A DNA stretch of 38,363 nt from the NCBI GenBank assembly GCA_045837725.1, contig JBEWZL010000166.1:372001-410363 (forward strand), given 5' to 3'. The stretch comes from Vermamoeba vermiformis. Lineage: Eukaryota. Made by a program: the position numbers and the translations under genes. Shown piece after piece: positions 1-11,281 of this stretch (the first letter of the stretch is position 1; the number at the start of each line of letters is the position of its first letter). Below the pieces are notes generated by a model. The model saw only the letters and a program-made list of their open reading frames with translations, was not told where the DNA came from and ran no database searches.

Positions 1-13
1 CATCTATTGATAG

Positions 14-634
14 TATAATGCCTATTATTATTGTCGATCCTAATGTCGGTGAAGCGCCGAAGATTTTGGTCGCGGAAGACAACGAAGTCAATCAACTTGT
101 CATCGATAAATTGCTGGCCAAAATAGGATTCAAGGCCGAAATCACTAATAATGGACAAGAAGCCGTCGAGGCTTATAAGAAAGACACCTCAATCTTATAC
201 GTAAGTGTTTTGCTATCGTATGGCCAATCCTTGAAAATGACAACCAAGACGGATCCATTTTTTTATTTATTTCAGAAAATTAACAATATACTAACTTTAT
301 GAATATATAGAATAGTACTTATGGATATTCAAATGCCAGTATTGTCAGGCTACGAGGTATGAAAGCCCAAATATTTGCGCGATCCGGATCTGATCCACGT
401 AACTTTTAGGCTACGCAACAAATGCGCGAATATGAAAAACAACAAGGTCTAGAGAAAATTCCAATTATAGCACTATCAGCGGGAGTATTCAACGATGATC
501 GAGAACGGTGCGTTGAATGTGGCATGAACGATTTCTTGGCCAAGCCCGTGCTCAAGCCAGACTTGGAGAAGTTATTGAAGAAGTATATTAAGGACGATAG
601 TATTAAGGCTAACGAAAAGGCTAAAATATTGTGA
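14..634 (+). CDS. 3' end of a response-regulator receiver-domain protein, probably a hybrid histidine kinase (5' part probably outside the window)
   Basis: Spliced translation KILVAEDNEVNQLV...NNGQEAVE...IVLMDIQMPVLSGYEATQQMR...IPIIALSA...GMNDFLAKP contains the canonical receiver motifs. Introns ~197-310 and 357-409. Confidence 0.88.
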
Positions 635-749
635 GTTATTTTGTATTACTAGACCAAAATATGTAAATAGTCAAAAATGCGAATATTTGGATCCGGATCT
701 CGTGACATGCCACGTAAGATTAACTAAGCTTTTTATATACCGTGCATTG

Positions 750-2372
750 TTAAGCCATTACGACCAACGCCATCAAAGCGAGAACAATATAGAGCGTCAC
801 TTGTCCTAGTAAAGAATTGGCTGAAGAAACGAGTCTGGATGTGGGCGTTCGTCCAGTCGAGGACGGAGCTGTACTTGGCTCATTAGCCGTTGACGGGCTG
901 TCAGTGCTTGGTTCGGAACTGCTGCTTGGCGAGCTCGAGGATGACGGGCTGTTGCTGCTGGTAGGTGGTTGGACAACTTGACAGCCATTCTGACCGAGCC
1001 CACTGCCTTCGTAACCTTCATTGCACGCGCATGTGAACGAGCCATTAGTGTTCGTGCACGTTGCGAATGGACTGCACGGCGTGAGAGTGGTGCACTCATT
1101 GATGTCTAAATATGGTAATATAAGCACGTGATCGAGTTTGGAGGCTTGTCTTACCGTTGCAAGTATTTGTTTGATTGTTGAACTGGTAACCTTCTTCACA
1201 AGCGCAAGAATAAGAGCCGTTGGTGTTCAAACAACTGAAATGCTCGCCGCAAGGGCTGTCAAGGCACTCGTCAATATCTGTGTTCAAACCGCAATTAGTC
1301 CTCTGAAATTTCGAAAAAAAAAACGGATTTGTGTAGCGGAACAAATTTACCGCAATTAGTCTCTGAAATCGTTTTAATAAAAAAGACGGATTTGTAGATG
1401 AATTTACCACAAATAGCATTTAGTATTATTATTTGTTTGTTCTATTTACCATCGCAAGTCAGAGTTTCATTATTGAACGCGAATCCAGCATCGCAAGTGC
1501 AAGTGTACGAGCCAATGCTGTTCTCGCATGTAGCTTGTGTACCACAAAAGCCGTACTGACATTCGTCAACGTCTAAATATAGTTTGTTAATAACGCAATC
1601 TTTAAGATCTTTTTTAATGCTTAAAAATCTTTTTAGTTATAATTCTAGGTAATTTCGGAATAGTTGAGCTGAAGCTATATGGCTTACCAACGCATGGGGT
1701 AGTTCCGTTTACTGAATAATAACCGCTGTCGCAAGAAATATATTGCAGGTTGTCCGTATAGAAAACGGGACCGTTGCTCACAAATCGGATGGCGGCAATA
1801 GGATAAACCGAAGCAAAGCCCATAGAAGTGTAAGAATTAGTGCCAGATACGTGCGGAATCGTGGAGCATTGCATCAGCTGCGAGTTTTTGTTGTAGATTT
1901 CGATCCAGGCGGCTCCGTCAAAGAGCTCGGCGTTAGTGCGTACTACGAATGCTGAGATAGGAGGATCGAATTGATAAAGGCAATATGAAGCGCGATCACT
2001 AAAAGTATAGAATCCGACTTTATCCGTCGTCGATCCGGCCCAATATTGGCTTCCATCCATCCACGCATCAGTGCCCTTGATGACGCCTTGTGCAATATAA
2101 CAATGTTGTGATGCACCATTATTGCCGGAAATAGTAACCGCTACTTGGTCGCCTTGAGATGAAACGGATCGAGGCCCGGATTGGCTGTTCCAAGCAATGC
2201 CGAAAGCTCCAGCGCCAACCAAACCAAGATCGTCGAATGTTATAATATTAGAGGTGTCGATAGCTGCACTTAACGGCGTTATTCCAGGGACAGCATCTGC
2301 AGGGCATTGAGATCTGACCGTCGATCCAAGCGTCAAAACAATCGCTAATAATAATACAACGTGTTGCGCCAT
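750..2372 (-). CDS. Cell-surface protein: signal peptide, ~200-aa N-terminal domain, 3 calcium-binding EGF repeats, Ser/Thr/Pro stalk, GPI-like hydrophobic tail
   Basis: Exons ~2372-1688, 1572-1450, 1277-1155, 1105-750 with phase-1 GT-AG introns. D(V/I)(D/N)EC...C.N..GS(Y/F).C.C repeats and hydrophobic N- and C-termini. Confidence 0.88.
1288..1416. repeat. Intronic tandem repeat, ~60-bp unit, ~2.2 copies
   Basis: accgcaattagtc(c)tctgaaat...aaaa(g)acggatttgt...aattt starts at 1288 and 1349, with a partial copy at 1406. Confidence 0.8.
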
Positions 2373-3019
2373 TTGTCTAGTCAGTTGGTTGTTTGTTGTA
2401 AATAAAAATAACTTGTTTTCTGCAAGCGTATCTTTTATACTTTTCGGACAATCTTTTTCCGTTGTCTCGTTCTGACAGTTAATTTAAGGTTAAAACAAAT
2501 CGCATATATACTATCTATTTGTAAACGAGGTTCTTCGTCCGCAGCGAACGATAGAATAATTCGAATTTGATTGATACGACCGAAAATTATACTAGTACGA
2601 AAATCAAATCGTAGATCCGTACAAGTTCAAATCCTCGGATTGGCGAAATTAAATTTAATAGCTCCATAATAGCTATATGAAAAATAGCTTACGAACATAG
2701 GTAAAAAACCAATATAATATGATAAGTTGAGGAAAAACAAGAATTCTTACCGCTTCGAGCAATGGTTCGGCCGTTTAAGGTCAAAGGGCTAGCAAGGGCT
2801 TATTATGAAGTGCTTGAGGAGGAAGAGCTGTTCACCAAATGAGTTTAGATTACAACCAAAACTTGGCCTAATATTAATATACATTACTGTCATATTCAAA
2901 AAAAAAACGGTTCCAGACTGTGTGCAGTAACGGATCCGAAATTATTATTTTACCTGTAATTTTATTACTAGCGATTGAGTTCAATTATGTTAGATCCAGG
3001 AGATTGTCTTACGCCATCA

Positions 3020-4517
3020 TTAACGCCAAAATAACAATACAATAGTAGCACCAATTGCGCCAAACAAAATAACGTTCGTCAACATCATTGTGCGCTCGGT
3101 CGGTTTGGCGCTGCGCACTAACACATCCACGAACACGAAGAGCCCTGCTAGGCACGAGAATATGGCTGGCACTGGATAGAACCAAAGTGCTGCCAGGCCA
3201 ATAATAACTTCGGCGATGTATTCTGCTGGTCTCCATTTTTCTTTGGCTCGCCAAATTAGGCAAGATACGGCGAAAATAGATGCAAAGATTAGCATGTTTT
3301 GGAGACCGCCGTTCATGAAAATAAACGGAATGAGCAACGCGAGTCGATAAAGGCCGCCTTTGAAGTTGTAAAATACGTCGTCGAATAGTTGAAAAAGTGC
3401 TAACTGCGAGATCCAGCGTAATTGCGTTGTAATTTTCCAAGAATCACTTTGCCACATGTACCAAAGTAAACTCGTCGCTGAGACTAGTGCTGTTTCGGGC
3501 ATATTGATACGATACTGATAGATAATGGAGTCCAAGAATGGCAAATACGACAATAGTACCTAAATAGAAATCATTATTACTATACTAATTAATAATAGGA
3601 AAAGTTCGTGTACTGGATCCAAAAAAAAAAGAAAAAGGGACAGTTACATATTTAATACAAATACTAACGTTTGTGGTAATAATATTTGTTATATTGTATT
3701 ATGAATATTTGTATATATTAATTAACATAATAGTAATAATAACAAAAGGGACGGGGAAAAAAGTAAGACTTACCGAACATAAATCGACGTATTTCAAGAG
3801 CCGCTTCTGATTCGGTAAATCGACCGAGAATCCTTGCAGAAATTTATTCTTGACGAGCAGTGGCAGCATCCATTCTGGGTTAAATAGAACGGCTTTCATA
3901 AACAACCAAAAGTTTTCCGGATGTCGAAGTAAACTGTGATCAAGCCACGGGCCATATTTAGTTTTCAATTCAAAATCTTGTGGTAGTCGTATTAGCCCGC
4001 TTGACCTTCTTGCTCGCGGGATCCGAGGTTTGTTAAAATAATAAAATCGTTTGGAAGTCAGATGTTGGTTGAATAGAGGTAATGGTACGTCTGGCGGTAT
4101 TTTTGATGCATATAGCTCGTTAATCTTATCATTCCATTGTTTGTTAATGAGTGCGAGCTGTAGTAACTCTGCATCCGTCACATCTGTCAAAACGTGTTTG
4201 AAAATCTCGCCCCAAATATCTTCTGGAATCTGATTGGCAATTATTTCTATCTCTTCGCGGGATCTGTAGAAGCGTTTAGCAGCGATTAAAGTAATCAGAA
4301 CAGTGCATCCAAATAAAATTAAATAATATTACTTTAAAATTAAATATCGCAGAGTGATTGAACTTCGTCGTGCTTAAACATTAATTCGCGAGTATAATTA
4401 CCTTTTACGGGCATTATACAATTTTACTAGTGGTTTAACGCCCAGAGATGCAAGAGAGAAAGTTCCAAACGATACTAGCGCGGTGATAGTCAATGGCAGC
4501 CGCTGAATAATTTCCAT
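3020..4517 (-). CDS. F-box protein with an N-terminal hydrophobic segment and a C-terminal multi-pass membrane region
   Basis: Exons 4517-4402, 4263-3774, 3559-3020 join in frame. F-box-like IPEDIWGEIFKHV...LLQLALINKQWN; the last exon encodes several hydrophobic helices. Confidence 0.72.
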
Positions 4518-4789
4518 CGTGTAAATTTGATAGGCCGGTTGATAGTTTTTCAAGTAGTTCAATTATTAGCTAATTAGTATTTCATTGTTGATAATTCTAG
4601 CTTCCGACCGGATGTCGCAACGTTATAATCCCTCCTACTTGGTCGTTTTAGAAACAAATAAGCAGAACTAATATTTAAAATCGAGGTTAGGGTTGGAATT
4701 GGCTTTTTGGACGTCATTGACTTTTGTTTGACCGAAGGATGTGATCACGAGATTTCTTCGGGAAGCTTAAATTCAACACACGACCCATA

Positions 4790-5807
4790 ATGACAACACC
4801 AGCGACTATACGATTGCTAAGTGACTTAAAGCAAATTTCTAGCGAGCCACCAGAGGTACGTGTAGTGTTGGAAATTTGAAAGAAAAAGAAGTCTTTACGG
4901 ATTTGAACAGAAAATCATTTCAATAATTCTAAAATAATTTGCAATAATAGTGTATACGTGCTGCTATGAAATTTAACTTGTACTACCTGGATTTGACCAC
5001 ATTATTTTATTAATCAAATTTTAATTTTGATTAGGGAGCTAGTGCAAGTCCTGTTAACGACAATAATTTATTTGTATGGAATGCTACTATATTTGGACCA
5101 GAAGCGACACCTTGGGAAGGTAATTACGAATTTTCTGGTTCTGATCAACTCGTCCCGCTTTTCAAATCCGTTCTCTTCGTAGTAATGTTTTTATTTGCAA
5201 CTATAGGTGGAATATTTTGCTTAAAATTGACGTTTCCCGAAGATTATCCTTCAAAACCGCCAAAAGTAAGCTCGGATCCGAATAACAGAAAATTAAAAAA
5301 TCTAAAAATATTATTTAGGTTAAATTTACTACGGATATTTTTCACCCTAATGGTACGTATATAAGCCAAGCTTCTTAATTACGCAATTCACATCGTAAAT
5401 AATTTTCGGTGATTTGCTTGGAAATTCCAACTATTTTGTACTGATAGTTCAATTCTTTTGTATTTATGAACTAACGATTACTATGCAGTATATAATGACG
5501 GTAGTCTATGTTTGGATATTATTCAGGACAAATGGAGTCCGATTTATTCCGTTAGTTCAATTTTAGTGTCGATCCAGGTAACGCAACAAGAACAAGCTCA
5601 ACAATTCTTTAAAACGTTAAAAAATATTTCAAACATAGCGGTATATTCATACTTATCTTATTAATGGCATTTTAGTCGCTTTTGACGGATCCAAATCCAG
5701 CTAGTCCGGCAAATCCGATCGCAGCAAGAATGTACAACGATAACAAGGCAGAATATATTAAGCGCGTTAAGCAGTGCGTGGAGAGGTCGCAAGAGCAGGC
5801 TTATTAA
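4790..5807 (+). CDS. UBC2: Ubiquitin-conjugating enzyme E2, Rad6/UBC2 (UBE2A/B) family
   Basis: Absent from the ORF track because of 5 introns. Spliced: [28 protein letters not shown]...[18 protein letters not shown]...[10 protein letters not shown]...[24 protein letters not shown]...[16 protein letters not shown], with catalytic HPN...C. Confidence 0.95.
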
Positions 5808-6605
5808 CAGCTAAGCGTATTATAGATATATAGTTATATCGTATTAGAAGTATAATTATGAAAAATTGACTCAGATCTGCTTGTGCGGATTTAAAACTTG
5901 TGAATTAGTAGCCCCGATATAATAATGTAAACATATTTCACCCTATTATCAGTTAATTAAGAAGCCGCTTTTTATTTTCAAAGTACATCTGGAACTATTC
6001 TCGATGTCTTTCTTCAATTCTATTATTTCATCGATAAATATGAAATATTCTACGCTTTACTATATTTAATCGGAGATTAATATACATGAAATGGCATGGG
6101 CTGGAATACTCAGCGTAGCCAGTACGAAGCTCCGTTACAAAATTTTATCAATTTTATTTACGAAACAAAATGTTCAGTTGTTTATTCCTAGCTAGTAGTC
6201 TAACGCAACAGTTACGATTACTAGATATCTTTGTTAAACCAACAACGATAGCTGGCTTACGGCCAACTATTCAATTTTCGGCATGGCTTTGTATCTCGAG
6301 CGCGAGATTAATTTTCGTTTCAAATTAATGCCCGCCGAAAAGAAAGCGTCGACGAAAATAAGCAGCAGCAAAGGAAAAGTACTTCATTGAGCTCGATGGC
6401 GAATGTTTGTTAACTCGTAACTTCCAAGGGTTTGCATACCTTAGTTTGGCTATGTTATATTGATGCGGTATTTAAATTTGGTGAATGCTGGATCCACAAG
6501 CGTCACGCGGTTTTGACGTTTTGACACTTTGAACGACATTTCGACAATAATATCTTTTATTCTTTGTTTCAAAGGATGATTTCATGAGCACACAACGAAC
6601 ATAAT

Positions 6606-9600
6606 ATGCGGTTAATAACGAGGATATTCATATTGTCAGTATTTTCTTTGTGTAAGTGGATTCGCATTGCCGATCTTGGATCTCCATTAGGCTAACTAGT
6701 TTTATTAAATTAGGTATTGTTAACCGGGCTCAAATCCCCCCGTAAATGTTATAAAATGTTAAATAAATTAAATTTTAATTTTATTCAAAGTTAATGCGAA
6801 AACCATTTCTACATTATGATTTATTAATTTATATAATTAAAATTTTAATTATTGATACCAGCGGTGCTCGCGGTCACGTTCGGCACGTGGCTTCAGTGAA
6901 TAAGACATAGTATTTAGTGAACGTAATTTTATTTAGCGTTGCAATTACAATGCACAGTACGACAGTTCAAGGCGGCTGGTTGCTCTGCTTGCTCGTGTGT
7001 CATTAGCGATAAACTTACCCAAGTGCAGTGCGTCGTGTGGCTACGTGGCTTGTGCTGACTTTGACAATGAAAAACATGACTTGCGGTGACAACGAATCAA
7101 AGCTCGCTAACGATTGGTCATTCTAGTTTTCGGACAAGAATTTCCTATGAATTTGGCCATTTTGACCATATTTGGAAGGAGCTTGACGTCACCGCAGAAT
7201 CTTTTCCGTTCATTTTTCAAAGTTTAATCACGAAGTAAGCCACAAAACCACACGATACACGGCGCCTTGGGTAAGTGAACCTACCACCGCTACTGACACT
7301 CACAAGTGCACAACAGCTGTCCCGCTGATCGTACTGTATATTTGTATTGCAACGTTAAATAAATATTATATACTTCCCTAAATACGTGTGATATTACTAT
7401 TGCTAACGGGCGAGGGCAATGCATCGCACCGCCAGTATTGATTAATTAAAATGTTTAATTATTATTAAAATTTTTAATTTATCGAATTCTTTCAACAAAA
7501 TAAATTAAAAAGTTCTAAATCGCTTCGGAAATTAAACAATTGCATAAAATCAAAACTTAAATTTAATTTGAACAGTTTTATAAAACGGTTTACGGGGGGA
7601 TTTGAGCCCGGTTAACAATATTGTTTCGAATATTCAAGCACGATTAACAGTATACTTACCCGATAATACCACAAAATCTTATCAAACAGCGCAGATCTTT
7701 TTTCAAGGTAACCGCAGTTCCCTTTAGCAAATAATAATATGATAAATAATGATATAGATATACTAGAAAAATTCCATTTCATTATTTGGGCACGAAGAAA
7801 TTCTGTTCCTCTTGTAACTACCGAAGATCGCGGTTGGAAAATTGCAAATAATTTAATAAATTAATTCTGTTTCTTGAATGCCCGTTACGTAGAAAAAATC
7901 TTAAGATTAAAGTAGCATATATTCCAAATAATAATACGGCACGTTATAAATTTCATACCGGTGCTTGGCTGATAAATTGCAATCAACAAAAATTAGATCT
8001 AATGTGTCTATTTATAAAATCATTCGAAATTCAATCTTAATGACAACATTAATATTAATTATTGATATAGTCCACATATCGGACTAATTGTACCAAAGAA
8101 TTCCGAATCTGATCTTCGATTTTTTTGTATAGGCTTCGATAACCCGTTTGAAACACTTGAAGCGCCTCTTGTGCTGCCTAATGGCACATTAACGGGCTCT
8201 ATCGTATTAATTCCGATCGGAAGCCCTCCGGAGATTGTCACCCGAAAGTATCAATCAATGGGAGTCGCTGGACTGGTCATGTTTGGAACTTCTGAAGGTA
8301 ATTAATGCTCATATATAATCATATAATGCTATAATACGAATCATATTGCAAAATGGAATCATTTTTATAGAATTCCGATTCGATCTAATTTTAACTTTTG
8401 ATTCTCATTGCAAAACTGAAACATTATTCTCGATATAGTGCCTGGATTCCTGGCATATAATCAGGACAATAAAGATACAAGCGATATCACCATTCCAGCT
8501 TCAGACATGGCGCCATCCGGCTACCGCGAACTCGTCGGAATTTTAACTCCGTTAGGAGTGCAAGGAATAACAGTAATGGCCACGTTAGATTCTTCAGGTA
8601 CGATTTCGAAGTGATTCAGTCGCATGTTCGCTCGTGTAATCTTTGCACTTCGATTTTTTCCTAATTTAGAAATAATAATAATTTTTGTGAGCCCATGTTG
8701 TCTAACAAGAATCTTCGTTAAATATAGATGGAAACCACTGGCGAGATGTGTTTCGTAGTCCAGGCCTCTATATCGCACAAATCTTCATAGGACTATTATG
8801 TATTGCAAATACTATCTTAGCTGGCTTTAACTTAGTCAACGTGATCCGTTACCGAGATCGACGCTCAAAATTTTCTGTGCCTCAAGTAATCTTAGGAATT
8901 CAGATATTAGCCAACTTAAGTAAGCACTAGCACCATATTCATAGCTATAACTAACATTTATCGCAGTTCGTTTGGCCCAAATTGTGGATCCGAATGGAAT
9001 GCGAGCTGTTTATTCGTATGAGCTTTTTAACGGATTAAATTGGTTCTAATTATGTACTATAGGTTCGCAGCTAATAGAGTCTTAGCGACATTTACATACC
9101 CAATGATTCTGTCGTCAGCATTATTGATGACTTTGTTCTGGTACGCGCCATCCGGATCTAAGTTCCATTACAAATGAATTAACTCACCTTAAAATACTAT
9201 TTATAGGTATGAATGCTTAGTGAAGGTCTCGATAGACATCAATCCGTTCCTTTCCAAGATGAAGATCCCGTTCTTCGTCATTAGCGCGGTGATCTGCCTT
9301 TACGAATACGTTACAACAGGCCTGAGAGCGAGAAATATTGCTAGAAACGAGCTACTTATGAGCTTGCAGATATTCTACTCGGTAATAGCTGGCTTATTGC
9401 TCATATTCTACATTGTTACCTCGATCCGAATTATGCTGCGCCTCAGACTTCGCAAATTATTGGCCCCAAAAGCCAAAACTATGTCAACAAAGGTAATATA
9501 GAACATACATATTTATATTTATAGTATTTCTAACGCTTCGAAACAGACGGCAGTAATTTTCATTTGGATCGGCGCAGCACTTGGTATTTGGGTCGGATTT

Positions 9601-9895
9601 TTATGCGCAGCTACGACAATGGTTCAAACACCTGAAGGATATGCTACTAACGTGCTTATACTACACGCTATTATTCATATAGTCTCATTGGCTCTAATAG
9701 TAATATTTACCGTTAACAAAGGTGAGCGTTACATGACCTTAGAAAACAATATAGAATTATAATGATATCATAAATAATATTGATACTAATACTATTAATT
9801 AAATAGCCGAGATTGAAGCGTCTAAGAAAGCAAGTAGCTCGTTCAACAAAGCCGGATCTGAACCGATTGAACTTACGCCTCGAGGACAAGTGTAA
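6606..9895 (+). CDS. Signal peptide + PA (protease-associated)-like ectodomain + 7TM (THH1/TOM1/GPR137-like) receptor, copy 1; exon 2 interrupted by a fold-back element
   Basis: Exon 1 6606-6651 (MRLITRIFILSVFSL). Exon 2 starts at 6714 and resumes at ~7621 (VSNIQARLTVYLPDNTTKSYQTAQIFFQ). Downstream exons from 8133 to 9895 are open and colinear with copy 2. Confidence 0.8.
6717..7618. mobile_element. Non-autonomous fold-back/MITE-like DNA transposon with no ORF
   Basis: tattgttaaccgggctcaaatccccccgtaaa (6715-6746) is the exact reverse complement of 7589-7620. The element is flanked by TA/TA (or GTAT/ATAT), and removing it restores the host reading frame seen in the paralog. Confidence 0.88.
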
Positions 9896-10086
9896 ATGCC
9901 AGTGATATTACTTATTTAATATCAAAAGCGAACTAATGTAGATAACTAAATGCTTTGTAAGTATAAATTAACAATTTAATCGAGTTTGAACCGAAGTTCC
10001 GATCCAAGACAAATTTAATGAGCTAAAAATAATTTAATGCATATCTGATTATTCTGTTAATTATTATTTTATTCTATACGTTGTTT

Positions 10087-11042
10087 TTAGAGCTGAAGGC
10101 ATTGCAAAGTCTGTTCGAAGAAAAAGAAAAGTCAGATCAAGGTTTGTTTATACATAGGACTGTGTAAATATACTACACGTACCGTTGAATCCTTGCAGAC
10201 ATTAATATCTTTAACTGGACCTCTAGTAATCGTGTACTTGCAATCGTTGCAGTTGTTTGGATCGCAGTCGATCCAATGAACTTCGGTGTGCGTAGTACTA
10301 TTGATAGATTAAAACCAAATAATATAATAACGATGTATATTTGTACATACTCAGTACATTCAAGCTGTTCGCCATAAGTAGCGCTAACTGGGAAGCAAGA
10401 TCCATCGGCGATTTCTCCGAAAGTCAAGATCGAGCCAGTGCAGTTCGTGTAGTCTGACTTATACGTAGCCAACCATTTGTGGCCGACTAAGGAAGCTGGC
10501 GCAGGACCACAAGTGCGTTCAATGGCGTAACCTTTTTCGATCTGGATGCATCCGAGAGGACCGCTAGTTGTAGTTGCGCAACTAGCCTCGGTGCAGCTCT
10601 TAACGCACTTAGTGCGTGTTTCAAAGCCCTTAGAGGCACTGCATCGCGTGATAGTTCGGAAACCAGGGTCATTGACGTCTTGTTCGCATACATCCAACTT
10701 TTTGTATGTGAATCTGTAAGGAGAGTTGGCACAAGTACCATCGCCGTAGTATTCGACCTCGTAGAATCCGTCAGGGAGACCTCCTGGTATAAAAACTATT
10801 TAGATCCGTTGCCACATGCAGCATAAATAAAATCGTATTTTTAAAAAACCAAATCCCCTCATCAGACAACGCTTTTAAGTGTCACAATATATTAATACAT
10901 ATCAAAATATATGATACAAATACGGAATATAATATAAAGGATTTCAGGAAGCAGCTCGCGATGTACCTTTTTGGATCGTCTTAACGGCACTTGACAACGC
11001 AACCAAACCGAAGATAATGTAGATTAATACTGAAATGTTCAT
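10087..11042 (-). CDS. Small secreted cysteine-rich protein with two internal repeats, copy 1
   Basis: Exons 11042-10967, 10783-10351, 10297-10183, 10110-10087. Signal peptide MNISVLIYIIFGLVALSSA; GGLPDGFYEVEYYGDGTC...TLQCLQL*. Confidence 0.85.
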
Positions 11043-11281
11043 TGTTGCAATGATGGGATAATAATCAAGTTGATTCGCATTCTCCGCCATTTAAGTCACG
11101 GGACAGTTTGTGATTCAAATAGATCTTGATTGAGTCATTAGTCTCGTTCAAAGATTTTGTTGATTGTCATTATTAAATAACGTGACACATCTTGCAATTG
11201 AAGTGGTTTCTCTAGCATATTTTAGTTATTTTAAATTTAAGTTTATTTTTGACATCCGCTTGATACGTTGAAAGATTACCA

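Noticed and set aside
14-634. Bacterial two-component gene or contamination
   Set aside because: It is interrupted by spliceosomal introns, and hybrid kinases are common in protists and fungi.
2677-2841. Short frame EEKQEFLPLRAMVRPFKVKGLARAYYEVLEEEELFTK
   Set aside because: No convincing start, splice acceptor or recognisable homology.
6715-7620. rRNA, tRNA, viroid-like or ribozyme interpretation of the hairpin
   Set aside because: No recognisable conserved RNA motifs. Perfect TIRs, a TSD and a restorable empty site fit a DNA transposon better.
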